This document shows, in pieces, positions 1 through 12,803 of a stretch of 64,000 nucleotides of DNA. A program made the translations under genes and the position numbers. Below the pieces are notes generated by a model, which saw only the letters and a program-made list of their open reading frames with translations, searched no databases and was not told where the DNA came from. Location: the NCBI RefSeq assembly GCF_030684315.1, contig NC_081365.1, forward strand, positions 34,313,394 to 34,377,393, given 5' to 3'. Source of the stretch: Stegostoma tigrinum. Taxonomy: Eukaryota. Within the stretch, counting starts at the first letter, position 1, and every line of letters starts with the position of its first letter.

Positions 1-388
1 CATCCACTCCTTCCACCACTAATGCTCAGTAACAGCCGTGTGTACTATCTACAAATGCACTGCAGAAATTCACCAAAGATCTTTAGGCAGAACTTCCCAA
101 ACCCACAAACTCTTCCATCCTGAAGGACAAGGGCAGCAGATACATGGGAACACCGCCAACTTCAAGTTTCCCTCCAAGCCACTCACCATCCTGACTTGGA
201 AATATATGAGCATTCCTTTAAAATCCTGGAATTCCCTCCCTACGGGCATTATCAGTCATCCCACAGCAGGTGGACTGTAGTGCTTCAAGAGGGCAGCTCA
301 CAAACATGTTGTCAAGGACAACTAGGGATGAGCAATAAATGCTGACCAGCCAGCGATGCCCACATCCCGCAAATGAATTTAAAAAACC
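1..388 (+). mobile_element. 3' end of a degenerate LINE (CR1/L2 superfamily)
   Basis: RT C-terminal-like HSFHH..AVCTIYK followed by a 3' UTR ending in an A-rich tail. Related pieces at about 4108-4420 (-), 4940-5350 (+), 5361-5690 and 34417-34660. Confidence 0.55.
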
Positions 389-833
389 TGGTGAAGATAC
401 AACATAGGATAAGTTGCATGCCAAACCACATAAGCATAAAGTGATCCCACAACCATCTCATTAGATGCATGTTCTGCAGTCTTGAACATCTAATTGTGAA
501 CGGTGGTGGACAATTACACAACTGACAGGAGGAAAAAGCCAGTTTCAGTTTGCTGTTACTTCATTCTTGACAAAACACTTCAGTCATTTCATTTTGAAAC
601 AAAAAGGGTTTGTAGAACAATGGATGGGAATTGGTGAAGTGATTTTTATTCATTAAGAGAGAGAAAATAGTGAAAAATACAGATCCATTTCCAGCTTCTT
701 CAGAGAATACGGATGTGTATTTGTCAACATTTGCATTACTTTTCTTCCAATTTATTTTCAGCAATTGCTATTACAAATTATGCATTTAACTAAGCATTTT
801 CCTACTTTCACCTGAAGCCATATCCCAAATAGT

Positions 834-1043
834 GAGATAACAAAATGTGGAGCTGGATGAACACAGCAGGCCAAGCAGCATCTCAGGAGCACAAAAGCTG
901 ACGTTTCAGGCCTAGACCCTTCATCAGAGGTCTAGGCCCAAAATGTCAGCTTTTGTGCTCCGGAGATGCTGCTTGGCCTGCTGTGTTCATCCAGCTCCAC
1001 ACTTTGTTACCTCGGATTCTCCAGCAACTGCAGTTCCCATTAT
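834..1043. mobile_element. Penelope-derived fold-back mini-element with hammerhead motif
   Basis: Inverted arms matching the 3' terminus of the PLE at 43127-43256; TSD tatcccaaatagtgag at 821-836 and 1041-1056. Confidence 0.85.
898..929 (-). ncRNA. Minimal hammerhead ribozyme motif
   Basis: CU-CUGAUGA-A-GGGUCUAGGCCU-GAAAC-GUC-AG; 2-bp stem I (CU/AG). Confidence 0.65.
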
Positions 1044-1191
1044 CCCAAATAGTGAGTACCATTTGCAGCAAAGGTTAATGATTTGTGACTGACAAGTTAA
1101 CTCACCCAACACAATGTAAAGTGTGAATCTCAGTATGCTTGCATCTTACAGCCTTCAAAAGTGGTGGCAAAAAATATTTTCAATCATTGTT

Positions 1192-1353
1192 AGAGATAAC
1201 AAGGTGTAGAGCTGGATGAACACAGCAGGCTAGAGCAGGAAAGCTGACGTTTTGGGTCTGGACCCTTTTCTGAAGAGGTGCGTGTGTGCTCATCCAGCTC
1301 TACACCTTGTTATCTCAGATTCTCCAGCATCTGCAGTTCCTACTATCTCTGAA
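1192..1353. mobile_element. Penelope-derived fold-back mini-element (internally deleted)
   Basis: Same arm sequence family; TSD ttc(a/g)atcattgtt at 1179-1191 and 1354-1366. Confidence 0.8.
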
Positions 1354-1415
1354 TTCGATCATTGTTGCTGTGTTATCCATTTTATTAGATCTGACCCAAA
1401 TCAGGATGCTATTGT

Positions 1416-1640
1416 AACAAAATGCGGAGCTGGATGAACACAGCAGGCCAAGCTGCATCTTAGGAGCACAAAAGCTGACGTTTCGGGCCTAGACCCTTCA
1501 TCAGATGATTTTTCTGATGAAGGGTCTAGGCCCGAACCGTCAATTTTTGTGCTCCTAAGATGCTGCTTGGCCTGCTGTGTTCATCCAGCCCCACACTTTG
1601 TTATCTCGGATTCTCCAGCATCTGCAGTTCCCATTATCTC
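1416..1640. mobile_element. Penelope-derived fold-back mini-element with two opposed hammerheads
   Basis: About 90-bp inverted arms meeting at tcatcag-atgattttt-ctgatga; perfect TSD tcaggatgctattgt at 1401-1415 and 1639-1653. Confidence 0.9.
1475..1505 (-). ncRNA. Minimal type I hammerhead ribozyme, intact core
   Basis: Minus strand reads CUGAUGA-A-GGGUC-UA-GGCCC-GAAAC-GUC-AG: all core nucleotides present, stem II, palindromic ACGU stem III, GUC cleavage triplet. Confidence 0.75.
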
Positions 1641-1707
1641 AGGATGCTATTGTCCCTGTGATATACAAAGAATAGCCAATTTAAAGAAAATGTAAACCGT
1701 TACTTAC

Positions 1708-1776
1708 TTGATATTGGTCTTCTGTATTTGGTTGGTTTGCAGGAAGATCTCCATGTTTTCCTTTTACTTTGGTCAG
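1708..1776 (-). CDS. CD247: CD247-like exon 3 (juxtamembrane segment to first ITAM tyrosine)
   Basis: ttacattttgttttcaaag|CTG...CAA|gtaagt; 69 nt, phase 0/0, in frame with exon 2. Encodes LTKVKGKHGDLPANQPNTEDQYQ and ends at Y-x like mammalian zeta exon 3 (…QNQLYN). This favours zeta over FCER1G. Confidence 0.85.
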
Positions 1777-2570
1777 CTTTGAAAACAAAATGTAAAGGAG
1801 ACATTGCACAAAGTAAATTTCATTTACTAATCCTGCTATATATCACTAATATCACTCATTAAAATAACCAGCAATATTCTCATGCGACAAACTAATTTGT
1901 TTGTTATGTAATGAGAAATTAGTTCATATGTGGCCAGTAGGGTGTCCTGAAAGCACAAAAGAAAAGATTGACCATTCACAGAATAACCTGCACCCGCAAG
2001 GCTGTGTACAGGGGAAAAATGTAACATAAAATTAGCAAAATCTCCAATGATTTGTTTGTGAGTATAGTAATAGTAAATAAATACCATGTTAAGATATGCA
2101 AGGAAGAAAATGTATATGGAGCAAAACACTAAATATCCTTTTAACTGATACCAGTACTACTTTAGTAGCAGAATTTAATCAGAAATCTGCTAAAATTAAT
2201 ATGCTAATTGTTGTTGACTGATCGTAAACTCCCTGCTGTACAAGCTTACGACCTGTATCAGAAAGGAAACAAGATGTTCCCACAGATGAATAAACAACCA
2301 TCTCACTTTTTTTTAAAGAAAATGTCAGTTTCATCCATGTGGTTTCATTAATTTAATGCTTGGTAAAGAGATGAAGCATTGAAACATCCAAATAAATTGG
2401 TTTCTATGCTGGTAATTGTCACAGATCCCACAGGGCAAAAAGAAATCAGCTCCACTAAATCATGCTGTGATAAAGCAGAAAAACATGTATATATTTAAAA
2501 ATATAATGCTTTATGTGTTTACAGCCACATTCACATTGTTTGAAGTATCTATACAATTAGAGGAGTTGGC

Positions 2571-2600
2571 GGGGGGGGGGGGGGGGGGGGGGTGGGGGGG
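2571..2600 (+). repeat. Poly-G tract (G22-T-G7)
   Basis: Read directly from the sequence; lies in CD247 intron 2. Confidence 0.95.
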
Positions 2601-3004
2601 TGCAGGGGAGCTTCCTATTCCACTTCAAAAAAACTCATAGCAAAAACATTTGAAGTTAGATTACCAAGTTTAACATTAGCAAAATAATTGGAGACTGTTG
2701 CCCTAGTTTAGCCAAACCAGGAAATTTCTGGGATGGGAAGTCATTGATGCTGTAATGTACCATTAAACACTGCAGCACATTGTTACATTAAAGTGTACCT
2801 TGTGGCACCCACTAAAACTGTTCGCATGTCACAGAAACAATGTTGATTGATTGTACAGGTTCAACTAGTTCATTATCTGTATGTTTAAGAAAAATTACAT
2901 TTAATGCTACAAAATGACCTACGTACTGTTCCTCATTTATAACCAATATTTAATTTATAGTCCATCTGAAGCTCAACAACAACAGGTAGTGGTAAATGAC
3001 TTAC

Positions 3005-3108
3005 CCTCAGCTTAAGGTAGAGACCAGTGACTATAATCCCATACACAAAGAGAACTCCATCAAGAATATAACACAACTTAGGGTCATCCAGGTTCATAAC
3101 GTCAGCAT
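3005..3108 (-). CDS. CD247: CD3 zeta chain (CD247)-like, exon 2 (short ectodomain plus transmembrane helix)
   Basis: Exon bounded by tttgccattttgacag|AT and AGG|gtaagt; 104 nt, phase 1 to phase 0. Encodes (x)ADVMNLDDPKLCYILDGVLFVYGIIVTGLYLKLR, closely matching the zeta TM (human [29 protein letters not shown]), with C, D, Y and T at the dimer-interface spacing. Confidence 0.92.
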
Positions 3109-3559
3109 CTGTCAAAATGGCAAACAAAAAAATGCCTCCTCAGTCATGATCCAAATATCTTTTCTAATATTAATTTATTTCTGGATTCTTCACTAAATAT
3201 TCCAAGGTATTTTGACATTAGCTTGCAGTTGATCACAATACATTGCATTTCACTTGAATACTTAAAGCTAATTTGGTGAATGTGATGGTTCTCCACTCAG
3301 TTAGGTGTTATTAGTTGGTCACAGTCAGAGTGTTGGTGATCTTTGAGGAATACAATGTATGCAGTAAGATACAAAATAGACTAAGTTAAGGTTAAAGGTA
3401 GGAGGAGTATTTATTAGGGGACTGCACTTGAAAATGTTCTTCATCAATGACATGGGTCAGGTCCGATGGACCAACTAGTCCATGCTTGCTCATTTATTTT
3501 GTCCATATGTATGTATTTCGAAGGTTGTGATTCATCTGTGTCAGCCTTTGCATTATTCC

Positions 3560-4100
3560 AGCTGCTGTTGAAGCCTTCATTCATGCTAGAATCACCTCCA
3601 GATCACGTCACCCACTTTTCATAAACGTACACTCACCCGCCCATATCCCATTCTGCAGGAATCACATTGACCCATTAATTCTATCCCGCCATGGCCATTA
3701 GACACCAGTTCCCCAATGCCTCAGATTTAAAAGTTTCATTCTCTCATTTAAATCCATTCATGGTCGTACCCATCCCTAACTCTGTAACCTCCTCTGGATT
3801 CTCTATTCTTCTGATCCTGGCCTCAAATGTCCTCAAATAAAACAAAGAACTGCTGATGCTGAAGCTCTGACAGTGCTCAGAAGTTCTCACACCTTCCACC
3901 CCACTTCACCTTAATGTCGGCAGTCTTGTCTTCAGCCAACTTGGTCGTATCTTCTGGGATTCACTCCCTAAATCTCACAAACACTCCCACTCATTCAACT
4001 CAATCCTTAAAACCCTCTGCACTCATGTCACATGTCATCACCTCACTTCATATTTCTTTCTTTGGTGTGACATTCATTTTTATGATTGCGTTATTATTTT
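3560..4100 (+). mobile_element. Old L2-like LINE 3' remnant
   Basis: Degenerate FIHA..TSR / PVPQ.L.FK..IL coding traces typical of the L2 ORF2 C-terminus. Confidence 0.45.
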
Positions 4101-5699
4101 ATTATTCCTGGGATGTCACCGCTGTTGGCAGGACTGGTATTTACTGCCCACCGCCAATTGCCCTTCAGAATTAAGGTGCTGGTGAGCTGGCTCCTTGAAC
4201 AACTACATCCCACATGGTGTAGGTACACCCACAAGTGCTGTTTGGAAGGGAATTCCAGGATTTTGTCCCAGCAACTCTGAGGGAATGATGACACTTCTCC
4301 AAGTCAAGATGGTGAGTAGCTTAGAAGGGGAACTTACAGGTGGTGGTGTTCTTATGTATCGGCTGCCCTTGTCCTCAGAGATTGTCATGGCTACAGGGTG
4401 GGAAGGTGCTGGTGAGGCAACTTCATGAAACATTTTGCATTTGAGGTGCCTACGTGTAAACTGCACATTACTGTTACAAAGTTATTTTGGCCGATATTTC
4501 CTTGAGGTGACGGGGTCTTGGTTAGCCAGCTGCAGAGCTGGCAAAAACCCTGGGTTGCCTCCTGTGGAAGGCCTGACTAGTTAGGTGCCACTCCGCATTC
4601 TTCTACCTTATTAAATGTCCATTGGCACAAAGCTTGCTATGGAGCAGATGTGAAATTCTGCCTCTGGTTTGTTCATTGAGATGTTTGCTGATCTTCTCAA
4701 TTATTAATGTTTTAATGTTCAAACCTGAACAAAGAAATTAGATTTTGGAGAGGAGCTGCCTGTGAATGGTGAATTCGGATTTATTACATCCATCTGAGAG
4801 GGCAGACAGTGAGCCAGACCGCAAGAATGTTCTAATTTAGTTTCCAAGTGGCTCACAACTCCCGATTCCTGCTTTTCCTACCAATCATAATGTCACTCCT
4901 GTAAATTTCAGTGAAGAGTGAAACCTGAACAATCCGATGGACAGAAACTGAGCTCACCACATAAACATAATGGCTACAAGACCTTCAGCAAGTAGCTCAC
5001 CTCCTGTCTCCCCAGTGGCTGCCCACCATCTACAAGGCACATGACAACAGTGTGATGGAATACTGTCCAATTGCTTGAGGAGTATAGATCTAATTACAGT
5101 CAGGAAGCCTGACACCATCCAAGACAATGCAGCCTGCCTGATTCATACCCCACCTGACTCCCTAACCACTGACTCCCTTCAGTCCAAGCACCGATGATAG
5201 CAGCATTACCAGCCACAAGATTGACTACAGCCACTTCTGAATCTATGACTTCACAACCTAAAAGAAAAGGAGCAGCAAATATTTGGGAACACTATCACCA
5301 CCAAGTTCCCGCCAGATCACACAACATCCTGCTAGGAATATATTTTGTTTCCTTAATTCATGGGATGAGGGAGTCATTGGCTAGGCAGCACTTATTGCCC
5401 ATCCCTTTAACCGCCCGGAAAGTCAACCACATTGCTGTGGGTCTGGAGTCACGTGTAGTCCAGACCAGATAAGGATGGCAGTTTCCTTCGCTAAAGGACA
5501 TTAATGAACCAGGTGAGTTTTTCTGACAATTGACAATGGATTCATGATCATCATTAGACTCTTAATTCCAGATTTGTTTTTATTAAATTCAAATACAAAT
5601 TCAACCCAGGGTTTGAACCTGGGTCCACGGAACATTACCTGCATTCCTGGATTAACAATCCAGCGATAGGACTACTGGGCTGTCACCTCCCATAAACAT

Positions 5700-6962
5700 A
5701 GACATTATATATTTATTAACAAAAATAGAAAATGTAGCTAGGAGGACATTTCTGAATTGAAGAGTGTTTTTCATTAGATCATCTGAGTGTCTGGGGGAAG
5801 CCAAAAAGGTAAAAGATAACATGTGGTTATTTGTTCTTAACTTGAAAAGGAAATAGCTTTGCAAAAAAGTCCATAAAGCTTTTAAAAAGAGATGCTGTGG
5901 TAGATTTAATGGCTTTTAATCGCTGGGAAAACTGTGGAAAAGAAAACTAAGATCTGTGCTGTATGTTGCCCAGCAACAGTCTTGAGACTGAAGTTGCTGT
6001 GTATTTTCACAGACCTAGGTATGGACAGTTGGAGAGGCTTGCAGGGAGAAACAAGAGTGTTCTCTCTGTCTCAGGAACAGAAGCAGTAAACTAACAGTGT
6101 GGAGTATTTGTGAAATCTACTTAAGTTTCAATATCAGGGTTCCTAACAGCTTCTGATCTGAATTTGTAATCTAACCTGAGGCTCTTCCATCATGCTGCCA
6201 CGAACAACAATTTTGTTTTATCGACAGGGAATTAAAGGAACTATGAGACATCAACCAATTGCATTTTCTCAGTTTGGACTCTTGATCTACAGAGGTGTTA
6301 TTAATTTTTACCTTTTCTTTCATCCTGAAATATCTCTCCAGAGCTGTATTGTCCCATATTGACTGTGTGAATGGGTATCATAGGATCCCTACAGAATGTA
6401 AGCAGGCTATTCAGCCCATCAAGTCCACACCAACCCTCTGAAAAGCATCCCACTCAGGCTTACCCCCGGAACTCTACATTTCCCATGCCTAACTCACTCA
6501 ACCTATGCATTGCTGGTCACCCTGGGCAACTTAACATGACCAATCCACGTAACTGCACATCTTTGGACTGTGAGGAAACTGGAGCATCCAGAGGAAACCC
6601 ACAGAGACATGGGGAGAACGTGCAAACTCCACACAGTCACCAGTGAGGGAGGAATCAAACCCAGGTCCTTAGCACTGTGAGGCAGCAGTGCTAACCACTG
6701 AGTTATCACGACACCCTATGTTGGGATTAAGGGAATATTCTTTATTTCTGAATTGTTTAGGGAATAAATTTTGCTTATTAATAAATGAGTTCTTATTCGG
6801 TCCACTAACGAAGCCTGATTGATTTCATTTTGCTCTGGATGGGTAGTTAGGAAAGGGAAACAAATTGACCATTTTGGGGTTGAATAAAACTTTTATTTTT
6901 TGGTACAACTGAAAAAGTGGCCCTTGATTATCAGCGCTTTCCTGCCATCAGAGTCATAACCA
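5700..6962 (+). mobile_element. Possible solo LTR-like element (interrupted by the SINE)
   Basis: 3' end (ccattttgg…cttgatta.cagc…ccatca.agt) resembles the reverse complement of 19701-19790; gttgcc/ttagcaacag block shared with about 57290. Boundaries approximate. Confidence 0.3.
6375..6716 (-). mobile_element. tRNA-derived V-SINE (HE1-like)
   Basis: A/B-box head (taactcagtggttagcac…ggtttgattcc) and V-domain tgtggagtttgcacgttctcccc…gggtttcctc; CR1-type tail. Confidence 0.8.
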
Positions 6963-9727
6963 TTCAACCCAGAACCTCCTAATGGTACTATCTAGACCTC
7001 ATGGACTGCAGCAGTTCACAAGAAGGCAGCTCACCAGTGGCTTCTAAAAAGCTACTTGGAATGGAGAATTAATGTTAGCCTAACTTGTAATAGTCACATC
7101 GCAAGAAAATGTTTAAAAAGATAGATTTAAAATGGCTGTGTCCTCATGTTGAGTAGTCCATGGGGAAACCTCAACACGTCCCTAATCCCACAAGCACTGA
7201 CCTCCACAAATCACCCTGATTTTTAACTCCTGGTGTATCATTTCCAACCTTCTAATGCATCCAAAAAATTAAATGCAGTGTTAACCATCTTCAATTCTAG
7301 CTTCTGGTTACAGCCTGAATATTGTGCGAATGTGGAAAATGTAAATAGGAACCATTAGAGAAATATATGGAGCACCAGCTGAAAGTCTGAGTCACCAGAA
7401 AAGTGCAGCAGAGAAGAACCCGAGTGGGGTTGAACAACTGAGGAGGAGAGAGTGGGTCACTCTCAGTAAGGGAGGAAATGTGTGGTGGAGCCGACATTAA
7501 AAAATGATATCAAAAGTGCGTGTGGGTGATGGCTGGTAGGAGAGGTTCACTGTGAGTTATGGCCAAATGACAAAGGACTGCTGCAATATCGGCATTATTC
7601 AAATTAATAATTTACTTTTAGGTCATTTATTCCGAACCTTCCAGCCTGTGACCACGCTCTCTCCGTCACGTGCTTTTTGAGCTAAGTGAGTGAGATGCAA
7701 TGTTCGACAAGCATTGCAATTAGGGTGTTCACTTGAAATTTCTTTTATCCACAACTAATCTTTCTTTTCTTCTCTTGAACAGAAGACAACTCTGAGCTGT
7801 CATCCTCCTGTGTGTCACCAAATGACCATTATTCATGCATGGTGACTATTCAACTGCAGAGTCATTCCAGCCTTAGTGCAAATAAAACTCACAAGGACTG
7901 CAGCGAGAGAAGAAAAAAAAATGTTCATGCATGTGAATTCCAGCTGGAATATTGCTATGAACATCACCCAATTTTCCTGGCTCAAACCAGGAGTTTGGAA
8001 ACTAATTGTAGCATCAGCTGGGAATAATTAACTCAAATCAGGAATTCACTAGTTAAGAGCATTAAAGTGGAAATATCTCTCTTGTCTGAATCTGTCCTTA
8101 AGTAATGTACTGAAGGATACAGGGTGGTGGTATAATTATTTGCTGTTTTCAGAAGTCTGAGCTTGTTGAACCACAATAACAACACCCACAAGGAACAGCA
8201 GTGCTGAATTTCGGTACATTGCTCCCGATCTCTCACTTTAACTTCAATAGAAATTCTGCCAAAACCTCATCAACAGCCATTTTCCCAAATATTTCTATGG
8301 GGAGGTCCCAAGATTTCCTGCTGGAGAATTCCTGTGGAAATTCCAAACTTCCAAAGCTAAAGGCTCAGAAATCAAAGATCATCCTTTTTGTCAAAAGATA
8401 TGAAAGTACCAAATTGAATGCACAACAGAAGCAGAAGGAGGAATAGGCCAGATTTTCAGAAGACTAGATGACACAGAGACTAAACTGGGTGCATTAGTTC
8501 TTTGGAACATATTCTAAGGGAAATTGTCGTTCAGAGAGATTTTTACCTTAGTTTTGTATGATTGAACTTGAGAACATTATATGCCTGGACAGATGATTAC
8601 AGTCAGTTTTCATCAGATGTACCCCAATTAATATTTAATGTTTTTTATTCAAAGAAGCAGGCTTAAATTAAGCTTCAAATGTAAATGGCTGTGCTGAGTT
8701 TGCTGACTGATGTTTATGTAATGCTGTAGGATATCACTGAACTGCTAGCTCCTGACTGAGCATTGTTATTATTTCAATAGAGCCAATCTGACCTTCAGCC
8801 TTCTTCCAGATGAGTGTTTGAGTAAGTTTATCGTCGACAGAACTGTCTTATTAAAGCACAGGCTGAATTTCCAAACTTATAATGCAGTTAGTGTTAGAAT
8901 AGGATTGAGCTTCTCTCCTACAGTTTATATCATTAAAATCCCTCAATTATATGAGGTCTGAAAAACTGTCAGATATTTATTGTATGTAGAACCTTGCATA
9001 TATTTATTTTGAACACAGACCGCGTAAATATAGGGTAACTGACACTGCACAAATACGTGTATCTAGTGTTTGTATGGTTGGAGAGCAAATGCTTTCAAAG
9101 CTGTTCCAGAAATCTGAACAATGGTCTTTTTGTCAGACACAACCAACCACATCCTTTTACAAAATAAAAGTGTTATTTCTTTGACTCCTCACTGCTAGTC
9201 TTTTTAATTTGTGGTCCTTTATGTAAACCTGTCCAGTAAAGTGTGTGGAAATACACAGTCAATATGTTGAGCTAAAGTTGCTTTCTTCAACAGATAGATG
9301 ATGTTAGAGATAGCTTTCTGCTGCTCATGTTTATACTTCGAGTCATACTGCCCAGAAAGGGGTCATTTGGTTCATTGTACCTTTGGAACTGCTATCCAAT
9401 TAATCCCATTTGGCTGCCCTTTCTCTGCAGAACTGCAAATTTCTCCCCTTTACAAAGTAATTCATATTCTTTTTGAAAATACTAGTGAATCTACTTCCAC
9501 CACCCTTTGGAGGCAAGGCTTTCTAGCTCACAATAAACTATTAAAAAGTTTCTGCAATCTTCCCTCTGGTTCTTGTGGCAATTGCCTTAAATTTGTGACC
9601 TCTGGTTACCAACATTCCTGCCAGTGCAAGCAATTTCTCAGAATGTATTCTACCAAGGCCCTTCAACATTTTGAGCACTTTCATTAAGTTTCTTCCTAGA
9701 CTTCTCTGTTCCATGCAGGACAATCCC

Positions 9728-11364
9728 AACATAGAACATAGAACAGTACAGCACAGAACAGGCCCTTCAGCCCACATTGTTGTGCCGACCATTGATCCTC
9801 ATGTATGCACCCTCAAATTTCTGTGACCATATGCATGTCCAACAGTCTCTTAAATGTCCCCAATGACCTTGCTTCCACAACTGCTGCTGGCAACGCATTC
9901 CATGCTCTCACAACTCTGTGTAAAGAACCCACCTCTGACATCCCCTCTATACTTTCCTCCAACCAGCTTAAAACTATGACCTCTCGTGTTAGCCATTTCT
10001 GCCCTGGGAAATAGTCTTTGGCTATCAACTCTATCTATGCCTCTCACTATCTTGTACACCTCAATTAAGTCCCCTCTCCTCCTCCTTTTTTCCAGTGAAA
10101 AAAGTCCAAGCTCAGTCAACCTCTCTTCATAGGATAAGCCCTCCAGTCCAGGCAGCATCCTGGTAAACCACCTCTGAACCCTCTCCAAAGCATCCACATC
10201 TTTCCTATAATAGGGCGACCAGAACTGGACGCAGTATTCCAAGTGCAGTCTAACCAAAGTTTTATAGAGCTGCAACAAGATCTCACGACTCTTAAATTCA
10301 ATCCCCCTGTTAATGAAAGCCAAAACACCATATGCTTTCTTAACAACCCTGTCACGTAGGTGGCCATTTTAAGGGATCTATGTATCTGCACACCAAGATC
10401 CCTCTGTTCCTCCACACTGCCAAGAATCCTATCCTTAATCCTGTACTCAACTTTCAAATTCGACCTTCCAAAATGCATCACCTCGCATTTATCCAGGTTG
10501 AACTCCATCTGCCACCTCTCAGCCCATCTCTGCATCCTGTCAATGTCCCCCTGCAGGCTACAACAGCCCTCTATATTGTCAACGACACCTCCAACCTTCG
10601 TATCATCTGCAAACTTGCTGACCCATCCTTCAATCCCCTCATCCAAGTCATTAATAAAAATTACAAACAGTAGAGGCCCAAGGACAGAGCCCTGTGGAAC
10701 CCCACTCACCACTGACTTCCAGGCAGAATATTTTCCTTCTACTACCACTCGCTGTCTTCTGTTGGCCAGCCAATTCTGTATCCAAGCAGCTAAGTTCCCC
10801 TGTATCCCATTCCTCCTGACCTTCTGAATGAGCCTACCATGGGGAACCTTATCAAATGCCTTGCTGAAGTCCATATACACCACATCCACAGCTCGACCCT
10901 CATCAACTTTTCTAGTCACATTCTCAAAGAACTCGATAAGGTTTGTGAGGCATGACCTGCCCCCCTCACAGCCGTGTTGACTGCATTTAATCAAGCCATG
11001 CTCTTCCAGATGGTCATAAATCCTATCCCTCAGAATCCTTTCTAACACCTTGCAGACAACAGACGTGAGACTTACTGGTCTGTAATTACCAGGGATTTCC
11101 CTATTTCCTTTCTTGAAGAGAGGAATTGCATTTGCCTCTCTCCAGTCCTCAGGTAGGACTCCAGTGGAGAGCGAGGATGCAAAGATCTTCGCAAGTGGCA
11201 AAGCAATTGCATTTCTCGTTTCCCAAAGCAGCCGAGGACAAATCTGGTCCGAGCCTGGCGACTTGTCAATCTTAATGTTTGACAAAATTTTCAGCACATC
11301 AGCTTCCTCTATCTCTATCCATTCCAGCATGCACACCTGCTCTTCAAAGGTTTCATTCACTACA
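9728..11364 (-). mobile_element. Young 5'-truncated CR1 LINE (RT domain, frameshifted), nested in an older CR1 fragment
   Basis: ORFs 10116-11390 and 9850-10323 carry NYRPVSLTS, DFSKAFDKVPH, GVPQGSVLGP, KFADDTK and TRGHSFKL; (CTATGTT)2 3' tail. Confidence 0.95.
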
Positions 11365-12502
11365 CTACTACTTCTGTCATTTTTCCACAAAGCTTTAGTT
11401 CTTCATCTCTGGGAAAATTCTAATAAATCTCCTCTGCATCTTTCCAAAGGCCTTAGCATTCTTCACTAAGTGTAGTGCCTAGAATTGGATACTATTCTAT
11501 CTGAGGACAATAAAACACAGAAACTAGGTACAGGAGTAGGCTGTGTGGCCCTTCAAGCCTAGTCTACTATGTGATCACTGATTGTTCTTCCATTTCAATG
11601 CCATGTTCCCTCTTTCTAAATTTTGATGCCTTTAGAATAAAAAAAACAAATCTTTCCCAAATATATTTAGTGTTTTGCCTTTGCAGTTTTCTACGATAGC
11701 GAATTCCATACCTTTTGAGTGAATAATTCTTTCCTCATCTTAACCCTAAATGGTCTACCCATATCCTGAGAAGATGTACCCAAATTGTAGACTCCCTAAA
11801 CAAGGAAATCATCTTCACCACATCTAGGCTGTCCAGTCCTCTCACCCTTCCAAACTCCAGTGAATACAGGCCCAGTCAAACCAAGTTTTCCTCATAGGAC
11901 AGTAATGATATCCCTGATATATGTTTAGTGAACTTCTGCTGCAGTCCTTCGATGGCAAGCACATCCTGCCAAGTTTCTACCCTCTGCTCCCCTTTTTCTC
12001 CAGTCCACCTACATCCTTCTGAAATCTGCTTACTGCAATTTTTAGCTCTGTGTCATCCGAAGGTTTGATCAAATTATGTCCAGCTTGCCCAGCTGGACAG
12101 GTTAACCCATGTGGAAAAGGGTGACAGTCCCAACACCAACCCATGAAGACTATGACAGTACCCCTTCAGTCTGAAAAGTATCCTTTATTCACTACTGTCT
12201 GTTTTGTGATGTTTGAACAAGTTTTCTCTCACACTGCTTTTGCTACTTTGATTACATGGATGATAATGTTTCTAACAAATTTATAATGCGGGTATCAAAG
12301 TTTATGAAAGACCGATATACAACAGAGTGCACTTTCCTCACCAGACCTTTACATTACTTCATCATAGGGCTCAATCTTGCTTGTCAAAAACAATTTACCC
12401 CTTCAAAAGATCCATGTCAGCTGTCATTTATAAAATCATGACTTTTTAAGTAATAATGAATTTTATTCCATACTACTTTTGTGATAGTTTCTCCGCAATT
12501 GA

Positions 12503-12803
12503 AGGGCGGCACAGTGGCTCAGTGGTTATCACTACAGCCTCCGAGTACCAGGGACCCGGGTTTGTTTCCAGCCTCGGGCAACTGCCTGTGTGGTGTTTGC
12601 ATATTCTCCCTGTGACTGTGTGGGTCCCCTGTGGCTGCTCCGGTTTCCTCCCACAGTCCAAAGATGTGCAGACTAGGTGGATTAGCCATGCTAAATTACC
12701 TGTAGTGTTCAGAGATATAGAGCTGAAGTGGGTTATAGGGAGGATGGGTCAGTGTGGACTTGTTGGGCTAAAGGGCCTGTTTCCACACTGTAGGGATTCT
12801 ATG
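12503..12803 (+). mobile_element. tRNA-derived V-SINE (HE1-like)
   Basis: ggcggcacagtggctcagtggtt A box, gggttt..ttcc B box, V-domain ctccggtttcctcccacagtccaaagatgtgc, tail gggattctatga. Confidence 0.85.

Noticed and set aside
430-522. CD247 exon 4 after the acceptor-like tttttcctcctgtcag
   Set aside because: The phase-0 translation (LCNCPPPFTIRC…) has no ITAM continuation.
834-1640. CRISPR-like array or miRNA cluster
   Set aside because: Vertebrate DNA; each repeat has its own TSD and matches a Penelope terminus.
2933-3127. 64-aa ORF as a complete protein
   Set aside because: Only 3005-3108 is exonic; the flanking residues are intron read-through.
12503-12580. tRNA gene
   Set aside because: The A/B boxes run straight into a V-SINE body; no complete cloverleaf.
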